DNA from: an uncultured virus (IMG/VR IMGVR_UViG_3300043961_000090) | Lineage: Duplodnaviria > Heunggongvirae > Uroviricota > Caudoviricetes | IMG/VR virus record: IMGVR_UViG_3300043961_000090 | Direction: 5' to 3' (one strand) | Length of the DNA stretch: 64,000 bases | Part shown: positions 19,624 to 29,109 of the stretch, piece after piece | How positions within the stretch are numbered: position 1 is the first letter of the stretch | Layout: every line of letters starts with the position of its first letter | Notes under the pieces: generated by a model | The model's input: the letters and a program-made list of their open reading frames with translations, nothing else | What the model was told of the DNA's origin: nothing | Databases searched by the model: none | Position numbers and translations under genes: made by a program

Positions 19624-20235
19624 ATGAAGAAAATTCTATTGCTATTTTTAATGCTGATCAGTCTAAGTGCAAATGCGCAAAAAATAGATTTGGATAAACA
19701 GGAAACTGATGGATCAAGACTGATAATAACTACTCGTGTTCTATTTGCAGAACATGACTTAACATTTGTACTTATCCCAAAGAAGGATAAAAGACCATCT
19801 TCTATGGATCTTGCAGCGGAATGTTGTATCAATAAAGATGGAGAGAAAACTTATTTTGTTGATTTCCCCATTTTTTATTATCAGCATAAAATACTAATAA
19901 AAAAAGGAAGTCGGCTATTATTCAAGTTTGATAATGATTCTATTATGGAAATAAAATCATCAAGAGATGTTGATGAACTTAATAATGATCTAAGTTTTAT
20001 TGGAGATAAAGCAACTTATTCAGCAGTTCTTTCTTATGAAATGTCTTCTTCTCAAGCTAATATATTTCGGAATCATAAGGTCGTTAAAATGAGGTTAGAA
20101 ACTGATCTTGATTATCTTGATTTGGACCCAACCTATTATAACAAGAAATTTGATTTTAATGGAAAATTCATAAAATGTATTGATGTTATAAACAAAGCTC
20201 TCATGAAATCAAATGATCTTTATAATGGCTTTTGA
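19624..20235 (+). CDS. Exported accessory (moron) protein
   Basis: Signal peptide MKKILLLFLMLISLSANAQ; low GC. Confidence 0.7.
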   Translation: MKKILLLFLMLISLSANAQKIDLDKQETDGSRLIITTRVLFAEHDLTFVLIPKKDKRPSSMDLAAECCINKDGEKTYFVDFPIFYYQHKILIKKGSRLLFKFDNDSIMEIKSSRDVDELNNDLSFIGDKATYSAVLSYEMSSSQANIFRNHKVVKMRLETDLDYLDLDPTYYNKKFDFNGKFIKCIDVINKALMKSNDLYNGF

Positions 20236-20274
20236 TTGAAAAAAGAAACGATTTTTGTTAAAAAACAAGGGATT
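20223..20274 (+). repeat. 52-bp direct repeat, copy 1
   Basis: TAATGGCTTTTGATTGAAAAAAGAAACG...CAAGGGATT identical to 20803-20854. Confidence 0.95.
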
Positions 20275-20781
20275 ATGAAGAAAATTATATTGCTATTTTT
20301 AATACTGGTCAGCTTTGGAATGACAAATATTAGCGCAAAAAGATGCTATATTGACGTGATGATTCTTCCTACAAGAATATCACAACCATCTTATATGGCT
20401 CTTGTTGATCAAGGAAATAATATGCTGAAATCTTTTGCATATTTATATGATAATGATCAATATGGTTCCTATTTTTTTACTCCAATGGCTGTTTGTAATC
20501 TTATGGCAAACAATGGATGGGTTCTTTCGCAATATATTCAAACAAATCTTCCTACTGAAGCAGCTGGAATTTTTGATGTTTTTCTTGGAAAAAGGGAAAC
20601 TGATATTACCAAAATAGAACATTATATCTTTTATAAAGATTCTTTATCAGAAAACAATGAATCTTTATATGGGTTAAAATTAACTGATAAATTGGTAAAA
20701 CCTCAAAAGACCGAAAAAGAAAAAGCATTCGAGAAAAAACATGAAAAAATCAGAGAACAGGGTGATGGCGTATACCAATAA
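20275..20781 (+). CDS. Exported accessory (moron) protein
   Basis: Signal peptide MKKIILLFLILVSFGMTNISA; lies between the 52-bp repeats. Confidence 0.7.
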   Translation: MKKIILLFLILVSFGMTNISAKRCYIDVMILPTRISQPSYMALVDQGNNMLKSFAYLYDNDQYGSYFFTPMAVCNLMANNGWVLSQYIQTNLPTEAAGIFDVFLGKRETDITKIEHYIFYKDSLSENNESLYGLKLTDKLVKPQKTEKEKAFEKKHEKIREQGDGVYQ

Positions 20782-20802
20782 CTCCTTATAAAATGGAAAC
20801 AT

Positions 20803-20854
20803 TAATGGCTTTTGATTGAAAAAAGAAACGATTTTTGTTAAAAAACAAGGGATT
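20803..20854 (+). repeat. 52-bp direct repeat, copy 2
   Basis: Identical to 20223-20274. Confidence 0.95.
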
Positions 20855-20900
20855 TATGGAAATTTTTCTGTAAATCCTTTGTTGTTTCTGAAACATTCCC

Positions 20901-21136
20901 TATATTTGCCATTGCTTACAAATGACGAAATCATTCGTTCCGTAGGGCATCGGTAAATTGTCCATCAAATTGCATGGGCTTTTTTTATGCCCAAAATATA
21001 AAGCTATTGGCGGTTGCCATCTCGTAAATAAGATCAGTCCTTCGGACGAAGTCGTTATTTGTAAGCAGCGGGATGTGCAGCCGCTTCTTTTGTCTCCGCA
21101 CCGAGCGGTTCTCGGCTTGCTTACAAATAACGCAAC
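20901..21136 (+). ncRNA. c4/CI-like antisense RNA regulatory leader
   Basis: TATATTTG promoter; TTGCTTACAAAT(G/A)ACG at 20912-20927 and 21117-21132 with complement CGTTATTTGTAAGCA at 21053-21067; hairpins and a terminator-like GGGCTTTTTTT. Confidence 0.6.
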
Positions 21137-21439
21137 ATGGAAAAACAAAAATCTATTCAGCTTCAGGAGTATTCGCATGTTCCGTCTCTTATCCAGGAGA
21201 AAATCTCTTATGCGAAAACATCGGCCAGGACCTGGCTTAATTCAAATTCTACTTTTTACAGTCGAATCGCGGGATATCCGGTTACCCGGATTATGGCCAT
21301 CAGAATCGGGATCATTCTTCCGCTGCTGCTGGTTATCGCTGCCATCATGGTAATGCAGTCTCCAGTGATAGCATGTATCTCCGGAGCAGTCTCTGCCTGG
21401 ATCGTCTATCGACTCAATCAGAAAGGAGGCAGAAAATGA
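21137..21439 (+). CDS. Small two-TM membrane protein
   Basis: Two hydrophobic segments; first gene after the antisense leader. Confidence 0.7.
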   Translation: MEKQKSIQLQEYSHVPSLIQEKISYAKTSARTWLNSNSTFYSRIAGYPVTRIMAIRIGIILPLLLVIAAIMVMQSPVIACISGAVSAWIVYRLNQKGGRK

Positions 21440-21795
21440 AAAGTAAGTGGTATTTTACAAAATCTTATAAAAAATATTTTGCTGTTAATGCTAAAGGAGG
21501 AAAATTGCAACGATATATAAATGATTATATTTATATACTTTTCGATAAAAAATCGATGAATGAATTTGTCAATGAAATCAAACAAAAATGCAAATCTTTA
21601 GATCAAGAATATCCGAGAACTACTCCTTTAGAAGTATATTTCGAAAAAGAAAAACATCTTTCTTATATTGGTTACAAACTTACTATATATAAAAGAAATC
21701 GTCCGGATGCCATTGTTGTTTTAGATTTTGCTGAGGTCAGACGAATAGAACATTATCAGACAGAAATTGATTTTGAGGAAGGAACAAAAAAATGA
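21436..21795 (+). CDS. Hypothetical protein
   Basis: ATGA coupling; start MKSKWYF. Confidence 0.65.
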   Translation: MKSKWYFTKSYKKYFAVNAKGGKLQRYINDYIYILFDKKSMNEFVNEIKQKCKSLDQEYPRTTPLEVYFEKEKHLSYIGYKLTIYKRNRPDAIVVLDFAEVRRIEHYQTEIDFEEGTKK

Positions 21796-22115
21796 AAAAA
21801 GTATATATTGAAATCACAGATGGGACCTTATGCCCCTCATCCACCGAGGAGGAATTATATCATTGGTGTGTAGATAATTTCCATGCCACTATTATGACAC
21901 CTATCTTCTTTGAATTGATGGATATCGCCATCATGAGAAAAATCAAGGCAATCAACGAGAAGAATAAGAACGGATTGCAACTTGTCAGGAAAATTGATAT
22001 GAACGAATATGAGATTACGGTATCGCGATCCAATTGCCGGATATCCGTCGACAGCCTGTTTACTATCTCAGGTTACAAGGCGAAAAAGGAATATACGGAC
22101 GAAGATGTCCTATGA
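21792..22115 (+). CDS. Hypothetical protein
   Basis: ATGA coupling. Confidence 0.6.
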   Translation: MKKVYIEITDGTLCPSSTEEELYHWCVDNFHATIMTPIFFELMDIAIMRKIKAINEKNKNGLQLVRKIDMNEYEITVSRSNCRISVDSLFTISGYKAKKEYTDEDVL

Positions 22116-22160
22116 TATCGGGGTGCTTTTCTCTATTTTTGCATAAAACAGAAAGAAAAA

Positions 22161-22682
22161 ATGAAAGTTTATATCAGCGGAAAAATGAAGGGCCTCGATA
22201 AAGAGGACTATGAACAAAATTTTGATGATGCCGAAAAGGCACTCAAGATGCAGGGCCATGAAGTGATCAATCCATGCAAAAGCATCTGGAACGGTGATGA
22301 TCACTCACATGAAGGAAAGAAATGGGGAGAAATGATAAGAAAAGACCTCGAGCTCCTGTCCGGATGTGATGCAATCTACATGCTCAGCAACTGGAAAGAG
22401 GATTCGCAGGGTTGCCGGGTGGAATATCATTTTGCGAAAGGATTGGGAATAAAGATCCTTAACGCAAATGATGACGGTCCCCTGGAAGAGTTTCTCCGCC
22501 AATACCGCCAGTCCGGACCCGCAGGGAATATCCAGTTCATGACCACTAATGATATTGCCTACATGCTCGAGGACATGCAGGAATATACGTCAGAACTCAT
22601 ATCCATGACCTTACAGGCACATGGCTATAGAATGAAAGTTATTCATGATAAATACTATTGGGTTATGTATAACATAAATTGA
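22161..22682 (+). CDS. DUF4406-like (nucleoside 2-deoxyribosyltransferase-like) protein with C-terminal extension
   Basis: MKVYISGKMKG, VINP, CDAIYMLSNWKEDSQGCRVEYHFA. Confidence 0.8.
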   Translation: MKVYISGKMKGLDKEDYEQNFDDAEKALKMQGHEVINPCKSIWNGDDHSHEGKKWGEMIRKDLELLSGCDAIYMLSNWKEDSQGCRVEYHFAKGLGIKILNANDDGPLEEFLRQYRQSGPAGNIQFMTTNDIAYMLEDMQEYTSELISMTLQAHGYRMKVIHDKYYWVMYNIN

Positions 22683-22701
22683 GTTTTTAGAACTTCTTTA
22701 G

Positions 22702-22733
22702 AAGGTCGAGTCCGTGAGGATCCGGCCTTTTTT
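22702..22733 (+). terminator. Intrinsic terminator
   Basis: AAGGTCGAGTCC-GTGA-GGATCCGGCCTT plus T-tract. Confidence 0.6.
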
Positions 22734-22790
22734 GTGTCCTATGGTGAAAATCGTTTTTTGTCTACATTTGTAAAAACAAAAAATACGATT

Positions 22791-23342
22791 ATGCTGAAAA
22801 GAATGCTCTACTCATACGGTTATCTCTCTGTACATGCTTTCGCTCAAAGCCTGTTCCCAAGTACTAAATATGTATCTCCTGCCTGCACGGTGGGCATCAG
22901 CAGCGTGCTCGGAGCGGTAGCGGCCATGATGGGCCTGTGGCCGTTCCTGCTGCTGGCCATGGTGCTAGTGATGACCATCGAACTGGTATCCGGTCTGATG
23001 GCCAGTCATGTAAGAAAGGAAAAATTCGAGAGTGCAAAGTTCTCCCGATTTGTACTGAAGCTCTGCATCTGGTTTATATTGTTCGTCTCCGTCCAACTCT
23101 TTGCCATCATCGCACGACATGAGGGGACTATGCTGATATGGGAATTGACCGGTACCCTATTTGATGTCATCACGATCATTCTGATGGTCTGTTTTCTGGT
23201 CGAAAACGTCACATCAATCCTCGAGAACCTATCCTGTATCGACGGTAAGGATAAAAGTTATTATATAGACCTGATCATGGATGCGGTGGGTATAGCATTC
23301 AAAAAAATAGGACTGAAAAAAGATAAGGAGGACGGAAAATGA
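22791..23342 (+). CDS. Phage holin (family 4-like)
   Basis: Several TM helices; ENVTSILENL motif. Confidence 0.75.
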   Translation: MLKRMLYSYGYLSVHAFAQSLFPSTKYVSPACTVGISSVLGAVAAMMGLWPFLLLAMVLVMTIELVSGLMASHVRKEKFESAKFSRFVLKLCIWFILFVSVQLFAIIARHEGTMLIWELTGTLFDVITIILMVCFLVENVTSILENLSCIDGKDKSYYIDLIMDAVGIAFKKIGLKKDKEDGK

Positions 23343-23425
23343 GGAAATGGGGTTATCTGCTGCTTATCGTTGAGATCATCGCGCTGATTGTGCTTTGGTT
23401 TTTCCTCAGTAACTATCAAAATTAA
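23339..23425 (+). CDS. 28-aa single-TM peptide (not in the ORF track)
   Basis: MRKWGYLLLIVEIIALIVLWFFLSNYQN; ATGA overlap with holin stop. Confidence 0.55.
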   Translation: MRKWGYLLLIVEIIALIVLWFFLSNYQN

Positions 23426-23429
23426 AAAA

Positions 23430-24614
23430 ATGGAATGTTCCCTTGATTTTACAAAATCTACGGATCTGGTTTTTGCCATGAATCTGGATAAGATCATCTA
23501 TTCCGGATTAGATGCAGATACTGCCCTGACAGTTCAGGTGAAGATTTCCCAATCTGCTACACTTGATGATATCAGGGATTCGTGGAATACCGTCTATTAT
23601 GCAGATCAAGATGGATATATCCATATCTCCGGACTCGGGCGTGTATGGAATGATCATATCCTCTCCTATCGATTTATCTATAACAACATGGATGAGGAGA
23701 ATCCTGAAGGATTCATCAATAGTAGTATATATGCTCAATTTACTTATCAATATACTACTGAAACTGTCGATGGGAACGTACATAATATAGTCATTCATAC
23801 TGCAACCTGTATCCGCCGAATCTATTATGCCAGGAAGATTTCAGAGCATACTCCTGCAGAGATTGCCACATGGTGGCCGATCATACCAAGGGAAAAATAT
23901 ACAATCTCCGGACTGAAAGAGATGATATACCTCCTGTCTATCAGTACCTGTCATATCAAGGCTGGCGTTGCATCCTTGCTGAATGGCCAGACGGCTTATA
24001 CGGAGCAGGATATATCACCGACAAAGGTTCATGATTATAAAACTATAGATGTATCTCCGGATACGATCAAGACGACCGTCCTGGGTAATACTACTGCCAA
24101 AATGCTGTATTATGACATCATGTTATATGATGGTGATATGCTGAAAGATACGGTGAGGTATACGATGGGAACCCGGAATTATCCCCAGAAAACAGAATTT
24201 ATCTACCTGAACTTTATCGGAGCATACGAGACAGTTCTGTTTACCGGCCAGGAAGAACTGGATCCGGAGAGAAATGTCGATTATGGATATGCGGGTGACG
24301 AATATACTGCCCTTGACCTCGAGGTAAACAATGTCTATAATACCTATTCGGGCTATTGCAACAAGACTATTATGTCACAAATCAGGGATATGCTCGAGTC
24401 TCCTCTGATATGGGTCTGGACCGGTACGGATTACCGGAAGATAATCATCACGGATATAGATTATAAGAGGATCACTCCGACATCAGAGATGTATAATGTC
24501 AAGGTTACCTGGCGCTATGCGGAAGATATAGAACATACGGATAAGGACATTGTGCCCTGGGATACTTCTTCCAAGGTGTTCTCCCATCCGCCGTTTGACC
24601 GAACTTTTTCTTAA
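23430..24614 (+). CDS. Probable structural (tail/baseplate-associated) protein
   Basis: ~394-aa ORF in late region. Confidence 0.55.
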   Translation: MECSLDFTKSTDLVFAMNLDKIIYSGLDADTALTVQVKISQSATLDDIRDSWNTVYYADQDGYIHISGLGRVWNDHILSYRFIYNNMDEENPEGFINSSIYAQFTYQYTTETVDGNVHNIVIHTATCIRRIYYARKISEHTPAEIATWWPIIPREKYTISGLKEMIYLLSISTCHIKAGVASLLNGQTAYTEQDISPTKVHDYKTIDVSPDTIKTTVLGNTTAKMLYYDIMLYDGDMLKDTVRYTMGTRNYPQKTEFIYLNFIGAYETVLFTGQEELDPERNVDYGYAGDEYTALDLEVNNVYNTYSGYCNKTIMSQIRDMLESPLIWVWTGTDYRKIIITDIDYKRITPTSEMYNVKVTWRYAEDIEHTDKDIVPWDTSSKVFSHPPFDRTFS

Positions 24615-24620
24615 CAAGAT

Positions 24621-24941
24621 ATGGATACAGATAAAAATAAAGAAAAATGGATGCCGGCATCGACGATGCTTGATGATATGGATATCCGGTATGACCGCCG
24701 TGGAAAGAGACGGATATTTTCGGTAAAGTTTGTCACACTGTCCGGCAAACTGCATTATTTCCCGCAATGCTACGCCCAGGGAGCAGGAAAGATGAACAAT
24801 AAGGAATATCGGATGCGCGGGCTGCAGCCCTGTGACTGCAAAGGCTATCCGGAAGCTCATGCTTTCGCAGTGAGGATCACGAATATACTCGAATACAATG
24901 GATTTAAAATAGACTGGAATAATGGACATACTATACAATGA
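24621..24941 (+). CDS. Hypothetical phage protein
   Basis: 106-aa ORF before portal. Confidence 0.65.
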   Translation: MDTDKNKEKWMPASTMLDDMDIRYDRRGKRRIFSVKFVTLSGKLHYFPQCYAQGAGKMNNKEYRMRGLQPCDCKGYPEAHAFAVRITNILEYNGFKIDWNNGHTIQ

Positions 24942-26286
24942 AGCGGGCATACCCCTGATGATGCAATCGACCTACCTGTTCGGTGATACCTATACAGACA
25001 GGGCTGCCATCAATTCCTTTGAGGCAAAGAATGCACTCCTTATGCCACACAACGAATGGTACCGGGATTATATGCTCGTTGACCAATACAAGGTCATGGC
25101 ATGGGGGAAAGCAAACAAGTTCCCGCAATTTGCTGCCAAACTGATCAGTGAGACGACCGTCCTGGATGCAGGATTAAAATTTCTATGGTTCCTGACGCTC
25201 GGCCAGGGATTATTTCCGTGTACCGTTACCGGATATGATGACGATGGGAACGAATTACTGCAGGCAATTGATGATCCGAAACTCACCCGGTTTATCAATT
25301 CCAGGATGTGCCGGAAATATATGGAGAAAGTCCTTCGGGATTATTTCAAGTTCGGCAACGGAGCAGTTCACTTCGTTCCTGGTCTTGACCTCAAATCCAT
25401 CGTCGGGCTGAACCCGCTGAATGCTCTGATGTACAGATATACGGAAGCGGACGCCTACGGTAACAGACAGGCACTCATATCAGGATACTGGCCTGCTATC
25501 CCTGCAACAGATCAGTATAGGGTTGTCCCTGTACTCAATGAATATGATCCCGAAGGCCAGGCGGACCTGCTCAACCAACTCGGGCAGCTACAGGATGGAT
25601 TCGTCTACCCTATCCGGGAGAGCTGGAGCAATGAGGATGCATACGGTGAACCGCGCTGGTGGCCTGCTTTCGTCGCAGGATGGGTAGATATTGCGCACCT
25701 GGTACCCCAATATCTGAAAAAGGCTTATAAAAATCAGACGACATGGAAATGGCACGTGCAGATACCTTATAGTTATTGGGATAAGAAGTTTCCGGTCAAT
25801 GACTATAAGAGTACGCAGGAAAGAAAGACCGCCATCAACCAGTTCATGGATACAATCGAGCAGAATCTGCTCGGTCCTGAGAATGCCGAAAAGCCATTGT
25901 TTACCAATTACGCCATCAATGAAGCCAATGGCCGTATTGAGGAAGAATGGAAGATCACGGCACTGGATAATAAATATACCGGGAACGAGAACCTGGTCAC
26001 ATCATCTGCAGCCAACTCAGAGATTCTGTTCTCGTTGATGGTCAACCCTAATGTGTTCGGAGCCGGAATGCCTGGCGGTACCTACTCGATGAATCAAGGT
26101 GGCTCTAATATCCGTGAGGCTTTTCTGGTCAATATTGCGAATGCATGGAAGGACCGCCAACAGATCCTTGATCCTCTCGAACTCTATATCAGACTGAACG
26201 GACTTCCGGAATGCCAGTTGCGCTTCCGAAATACGATCCTCACTACACTCGATAAGGGTGCAGGCACACAGAAAACTTTATCTTAA
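24922..26286 (+). CDS. Probable portal protein
   Basis: 454 aa; RDYFKFGNG, YGEPRW, EILFSLMVNPNVFG resemble portal motifs. Confidence 0.7.
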   Translation: MDILYNEAGIPLMMQSTYLFGDTYTDRAAINSFEAKNALLMPHNEWYRDYMLVDQYKVMAWGKANKFPQFAAKLISETTVLDAGLKFLWFLTLGQGLFPCTVTGYDDDGNELLQAIDDPKLTRFINSRMCRKYMEKVLRDYFKFGNGAVHFVPGLDLKSIVGLNPLNALMYRYTEADAYGNRQALISGYWPAIPATDQYRVVPVLNEYDPEGQADLLNQLGQLQDGFVYPIRESWSNEDAYGEPRWWPAFVAGWVDIAHLVPQYLKKAYKNQTTWKWHVQIPYSYWDKKFPVNDYKSTQERKTAINQFMDTIEQNLLGPENAEKPLFTNYAINEANGRIEEEWKITALDNKYTGNENLVTSSAANSEILFSLMVNPNVFGAGMPGGTYSMNQGGSNIREAFLVNIANAWKDRQQILDPLELYIRLNGLPECQLRFRNTILTTLDKGAGTQKTLS

Positions 26287-26296
26287 TCTGATTAAT

Positions 26297-27298
26297 ATGA
26301 TATTCAGCAAAGAACACTTTACGAATGACCGGGAGTTGCAGCAACTCCTCCCAACGAGTGCAGCTCTCTCCTGGGAAAAGATGGAAGCTCCGCTCCGCAA
26401 TGCCCAGGATGATTTTCTGCTCCCGCTCATGGGTGATACCATGATGGCGGACATCGAATCCATCTATGTAAAAGCTGATGCAGACCGAACGGCTGCTGAC
26501 AAACGGATATTATACCTTGCACAGAAGGCTGTGGCCAATATTGCATTCTGGATCAACTTTGATGCACTTAACCTCCGGATTACTGACCAGGGATTCCAGC
26601 GGCAACAGAGCGAATCAGGCAACTGGACCGGTGCATATAAATATCAGGAAGATCATCTGCGACAGAACTTTAAGAATACCGGATTGAATGCCCTTGACAG
26701 TCTGATGAATTATCTGGAGGAGCATATCAGTGATTATGACCACTATAAGAATTCTCCCGGATACGTTCAGGCACAGAAAAGTATCGTGCACGGCACATCA
26801 GAGATCGAGGAGGTATATGATATCCATGATTCCAGAATCATCTTTCTCCGCCTGCAACCGGTTATCCGGAATGTACAGGCATTGGTATTGCAGCCTATAC
26901 TCGGGGATGCACTCTATCAGAAACTGCTGGGCTGGCTGGAAGATTCTACAAGTTTTGCAGATGCATATACCGATGCAAAATTCGATGATTTCCGCAAGAG
27001 CTGCTGCCGGGTGGTCGTGATGAAAGCTATCATACAGTTGCTCCGGACAACCGGGAGCATTACGGACCGCGGACTGTACTTTACAACCATTCAGGCCGAG
27101 AGGCCCGGAAATAATACAGAAAGTCCGGTCAGTGACGTGCGCCTGGATCTCGCTGTCAAGGATGCGGAGCGGGCCTGTGACGGATATGTCAGCAGGCTTA
27201 CTGCCTATGTCAACACTTATATGGTCGCTGATGCAACAGGCAGCTCCCTGCATGCACTTGACCGTGATAATACTGATAAGACTTCTTTCTGGGCCTGA
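26297..27298 (+). CDS. Probable head-tail connector protein (two-repeat architecture)
   Basis: LLPLMGD / LQPILGDALY internal repeat; follows portal. Confidence 0.55.
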   Translation: MIFSKEHFTNDRELQQLLPTSAALSWEKMEAPLRNAQDDFLLPLMGDTMMADIESIYVKADADRTAADKRILYLAQKAVANIAFWINFDALNLRITDQGFQRQQSESGNWTGAYKYQEDHLRQNFKNTGLNALDSLMNYLEEHISDYDHYKNSPGYVQAQKSIVHGTSEIEEVYDIHDSRIIFLRLQPVIRNVQALVLQPILGDALYQKLLGWLEDSTSFADAYTDAKFDDFRKSCCRVVVMKAIIQLLRTTGSITDRGLYFTTIQAERPGNNTESPVSDVRLDLAVKDAERACDGYVSRLTAYVNTYMVADATGSSLHALDRDNTDKTSFWA

Positions 27299-27308
27299 AA
27301 AGAACGAT

Positions 27309-28097
27309 ATGAAGAAACTGCATATCAAATATAAGCGATATGGTATCACGAAAGGAATAGACCGGACGGTACCGGAAAAATGGGGAGAAATGACCGGATC
27401 ACAGTTTATTGCCATGGTCCGGGTGGCACAGCATGATATGCCTGTCAATGATTTTCCAGGGATATTTCTCGGACTGCCGAAAGGTGTGGAGCTCGATATC
27501 TTCCAACTCTATCAGTTGATGGGACTGATGCCGGATGAGATCAAGGATGCGCGGGTATCCCACTTCTTTATCCAAAAAATAGGCAAATTATATGCACCTG
27601 CAGACAAACTATCAGGTATGAGCCTGCAGCAGTTTATGACGGTCGATACTTTCTTCATGCAGGCTTCTGACCAACTGTCCAGGAAAGGAGAATATACGGA
27701 TTCGGATGCATTATGCAAGATGATCGGCGCACTCTATATACGGAAAAAAGAGGCTTATTTCGTAGAAGACTCAGACCGGAAACTGGTAAATATTATCCAT
27801 AATGCGGAACTGGCGAGAAAGGCCGATAAATCGGTAAAAATGGGCATACTGATCAACTGGGGAATGATACACAGATGGCTGAGCAAGGCTTTCCCTCTGC
27901 TCTTTACGGAAGAGGAGCAACCGAAAAAAAAGATGGCCAGACAGAAAAGCCAATGGCTGACTATTCTCGACAATTTCGTCGGTGATGATATCAGCCATCT
28001 GCAGACCTATCGGAGCATGGAATGTACGGATGCATTCAGGCTGATGAATCACCGGATATATAATTACAACCAGCAACTCTTAAAGAACAGGAAATGA
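27309..28097 (+). CDS. Hypothetical phage protein (tail chaperone-like position)
   Basis: Likely start MKKLHIKY. Confidence 0.55.
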   Translation: MKKLHIKYKRYGITKGIDRTVPEKWGEMTGSQFIAMVRVAQHDMPVNDFPGIFLGLPKGVELDIFQLYQLMGLMPDEIKDARVSHFFIQKIGKLYAPADKLSGMSLQQFMTVDTFFMQASDQLSRKGEYTDSDALCKMIGALYIRKKEAYFVEDSDRKLVNIIHNAELARKADKSVKMGILINWGMIHRWLSKAFPLLFTEEEQPKKKMARQKSQWLTILDNFVGDDISHLQTYRSMECTDAFRLMNHRIYNYNQQLLKNRK

Positions 28098-28582
28098 CTT
28101 ATACGATTGATGATTTTAAGGATTATATCGAGAATCTGGCTAAATCACATAGCCAGGTAAAGCATAGTGATACCAATATTCACTTTGCTTATCTCAACGA
28201 TCAGAAAGAATCTCTGCTGCCTGATCAGATGCGATATCCTTTTGTCTATTTCGGACACGAAGGATTCCATGTCAATGAATCTCAGCAGATGGTCTGGGAT
28301 GTCAACCTGTCCCTATTCGACCATGTGGCTGATACCGGTAATGATGTCGAGGTCAACACGGCACTGGGTACCACCTGTCAGATACTCATTGACTTTCTCT
28401 CGAAGATGAAAGAGGACCGCAAGTCTCCTTCTTACAAACTGTTGAGAGGTCTGGACTTTAACGAGGCTTCAGCCAGTCCGATGAGCAATCAGGATGATGC
28501 CCTGTATGGATATGCTATCTCTTTCCGCATTGCACTCCCCTGGTGTAGTCAACTCGCGGATGGAACTTTTCTGAATCCTTAA
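28094..28582 (+). CDS. Probable tail completion/terminator protein
   Basis: 162-aa acidic ORF with YPFVY motif upstream of tape measure. Confidence 0.5.
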   Translation: MTYTIDDFKDYIENLAKSHSQVKHSDTNIHFAYLNDQKESLLPDQMRYPFVYFGHEGFHVNESQQMVWDVNLSLFDHVADTGNDVEVNTALGTTCQILIDFLSKMKEDRKSPSYKLLRGLDFNEASASPMSNQDDALYGYAISFRIALPWCSQLADGTFLNP

Positions 28583-28592
28583 ATAAAATGCT

Positions 28593-29105
28593 ATGGCTGA
28601 CAAACTGATGACAATAGATGAATTCACTGCCCGGCTGAAAGCCTGGGGAATGGAAGTGAAATCAGTGGCCAATGCTAACCTGTCGGGAACGCATGGATCC
28701 GGTGGGCTATCACAGATGAAAGTCTCGGCCGGATATAAACAAGCAAAGGATTATCATTTTGTATCATTCAAGTTTCCACGGCATGGTGTATTTCTCGAAT
28801 ATGGCGTTGGACGCGGATGGATACGGCAGGGCGGACAGGTCATACGCGGGCAGCGCACCCATAAAGGTGATGCGATTTATAATCAACTTCAGCAAAAAGG
28901 CTATTCTTCCAAGGAAATCCGGGGATATGCAGTACAGACCGGAGCAAAAGCAGGAAAAGGAAGGAAACCATTGCTCTGGCTTGATGATGCTATCAATTCC
29001 AAGGCAGAAGGTATAGCTGATCTTGCTCAGGAATATTACGGAGATTACAGTTTAGATAAATTATCAGATATGATCGGCCGAATGGCCATCGTCAAGAAAG
29101 GATAA
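28593..29105 (+). CDS. Probable neck/tail completion protein
   Basis: HGVFLEYGVGRG and RKPLLWL motifs, HK97 gp10-like pattern. Confidence 0.55.
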   Translation: MADKLMTIDEFTARLKAWGMEVKSVANANLSGTHGSGGLSQMKVSAGYKQAKDYHFVSFKFPRHGVFLEYGVGRGWIRQGGQVIRGQRTHKGDAIYNQLQQKGYSSKEIRGYAVQTGAKAGKGRKPLLWLDDAINSKAEGIADLAQEYYGDYSLDKLSDMIGRMAIVKKG

Positions 29106-29109
29106 GATT

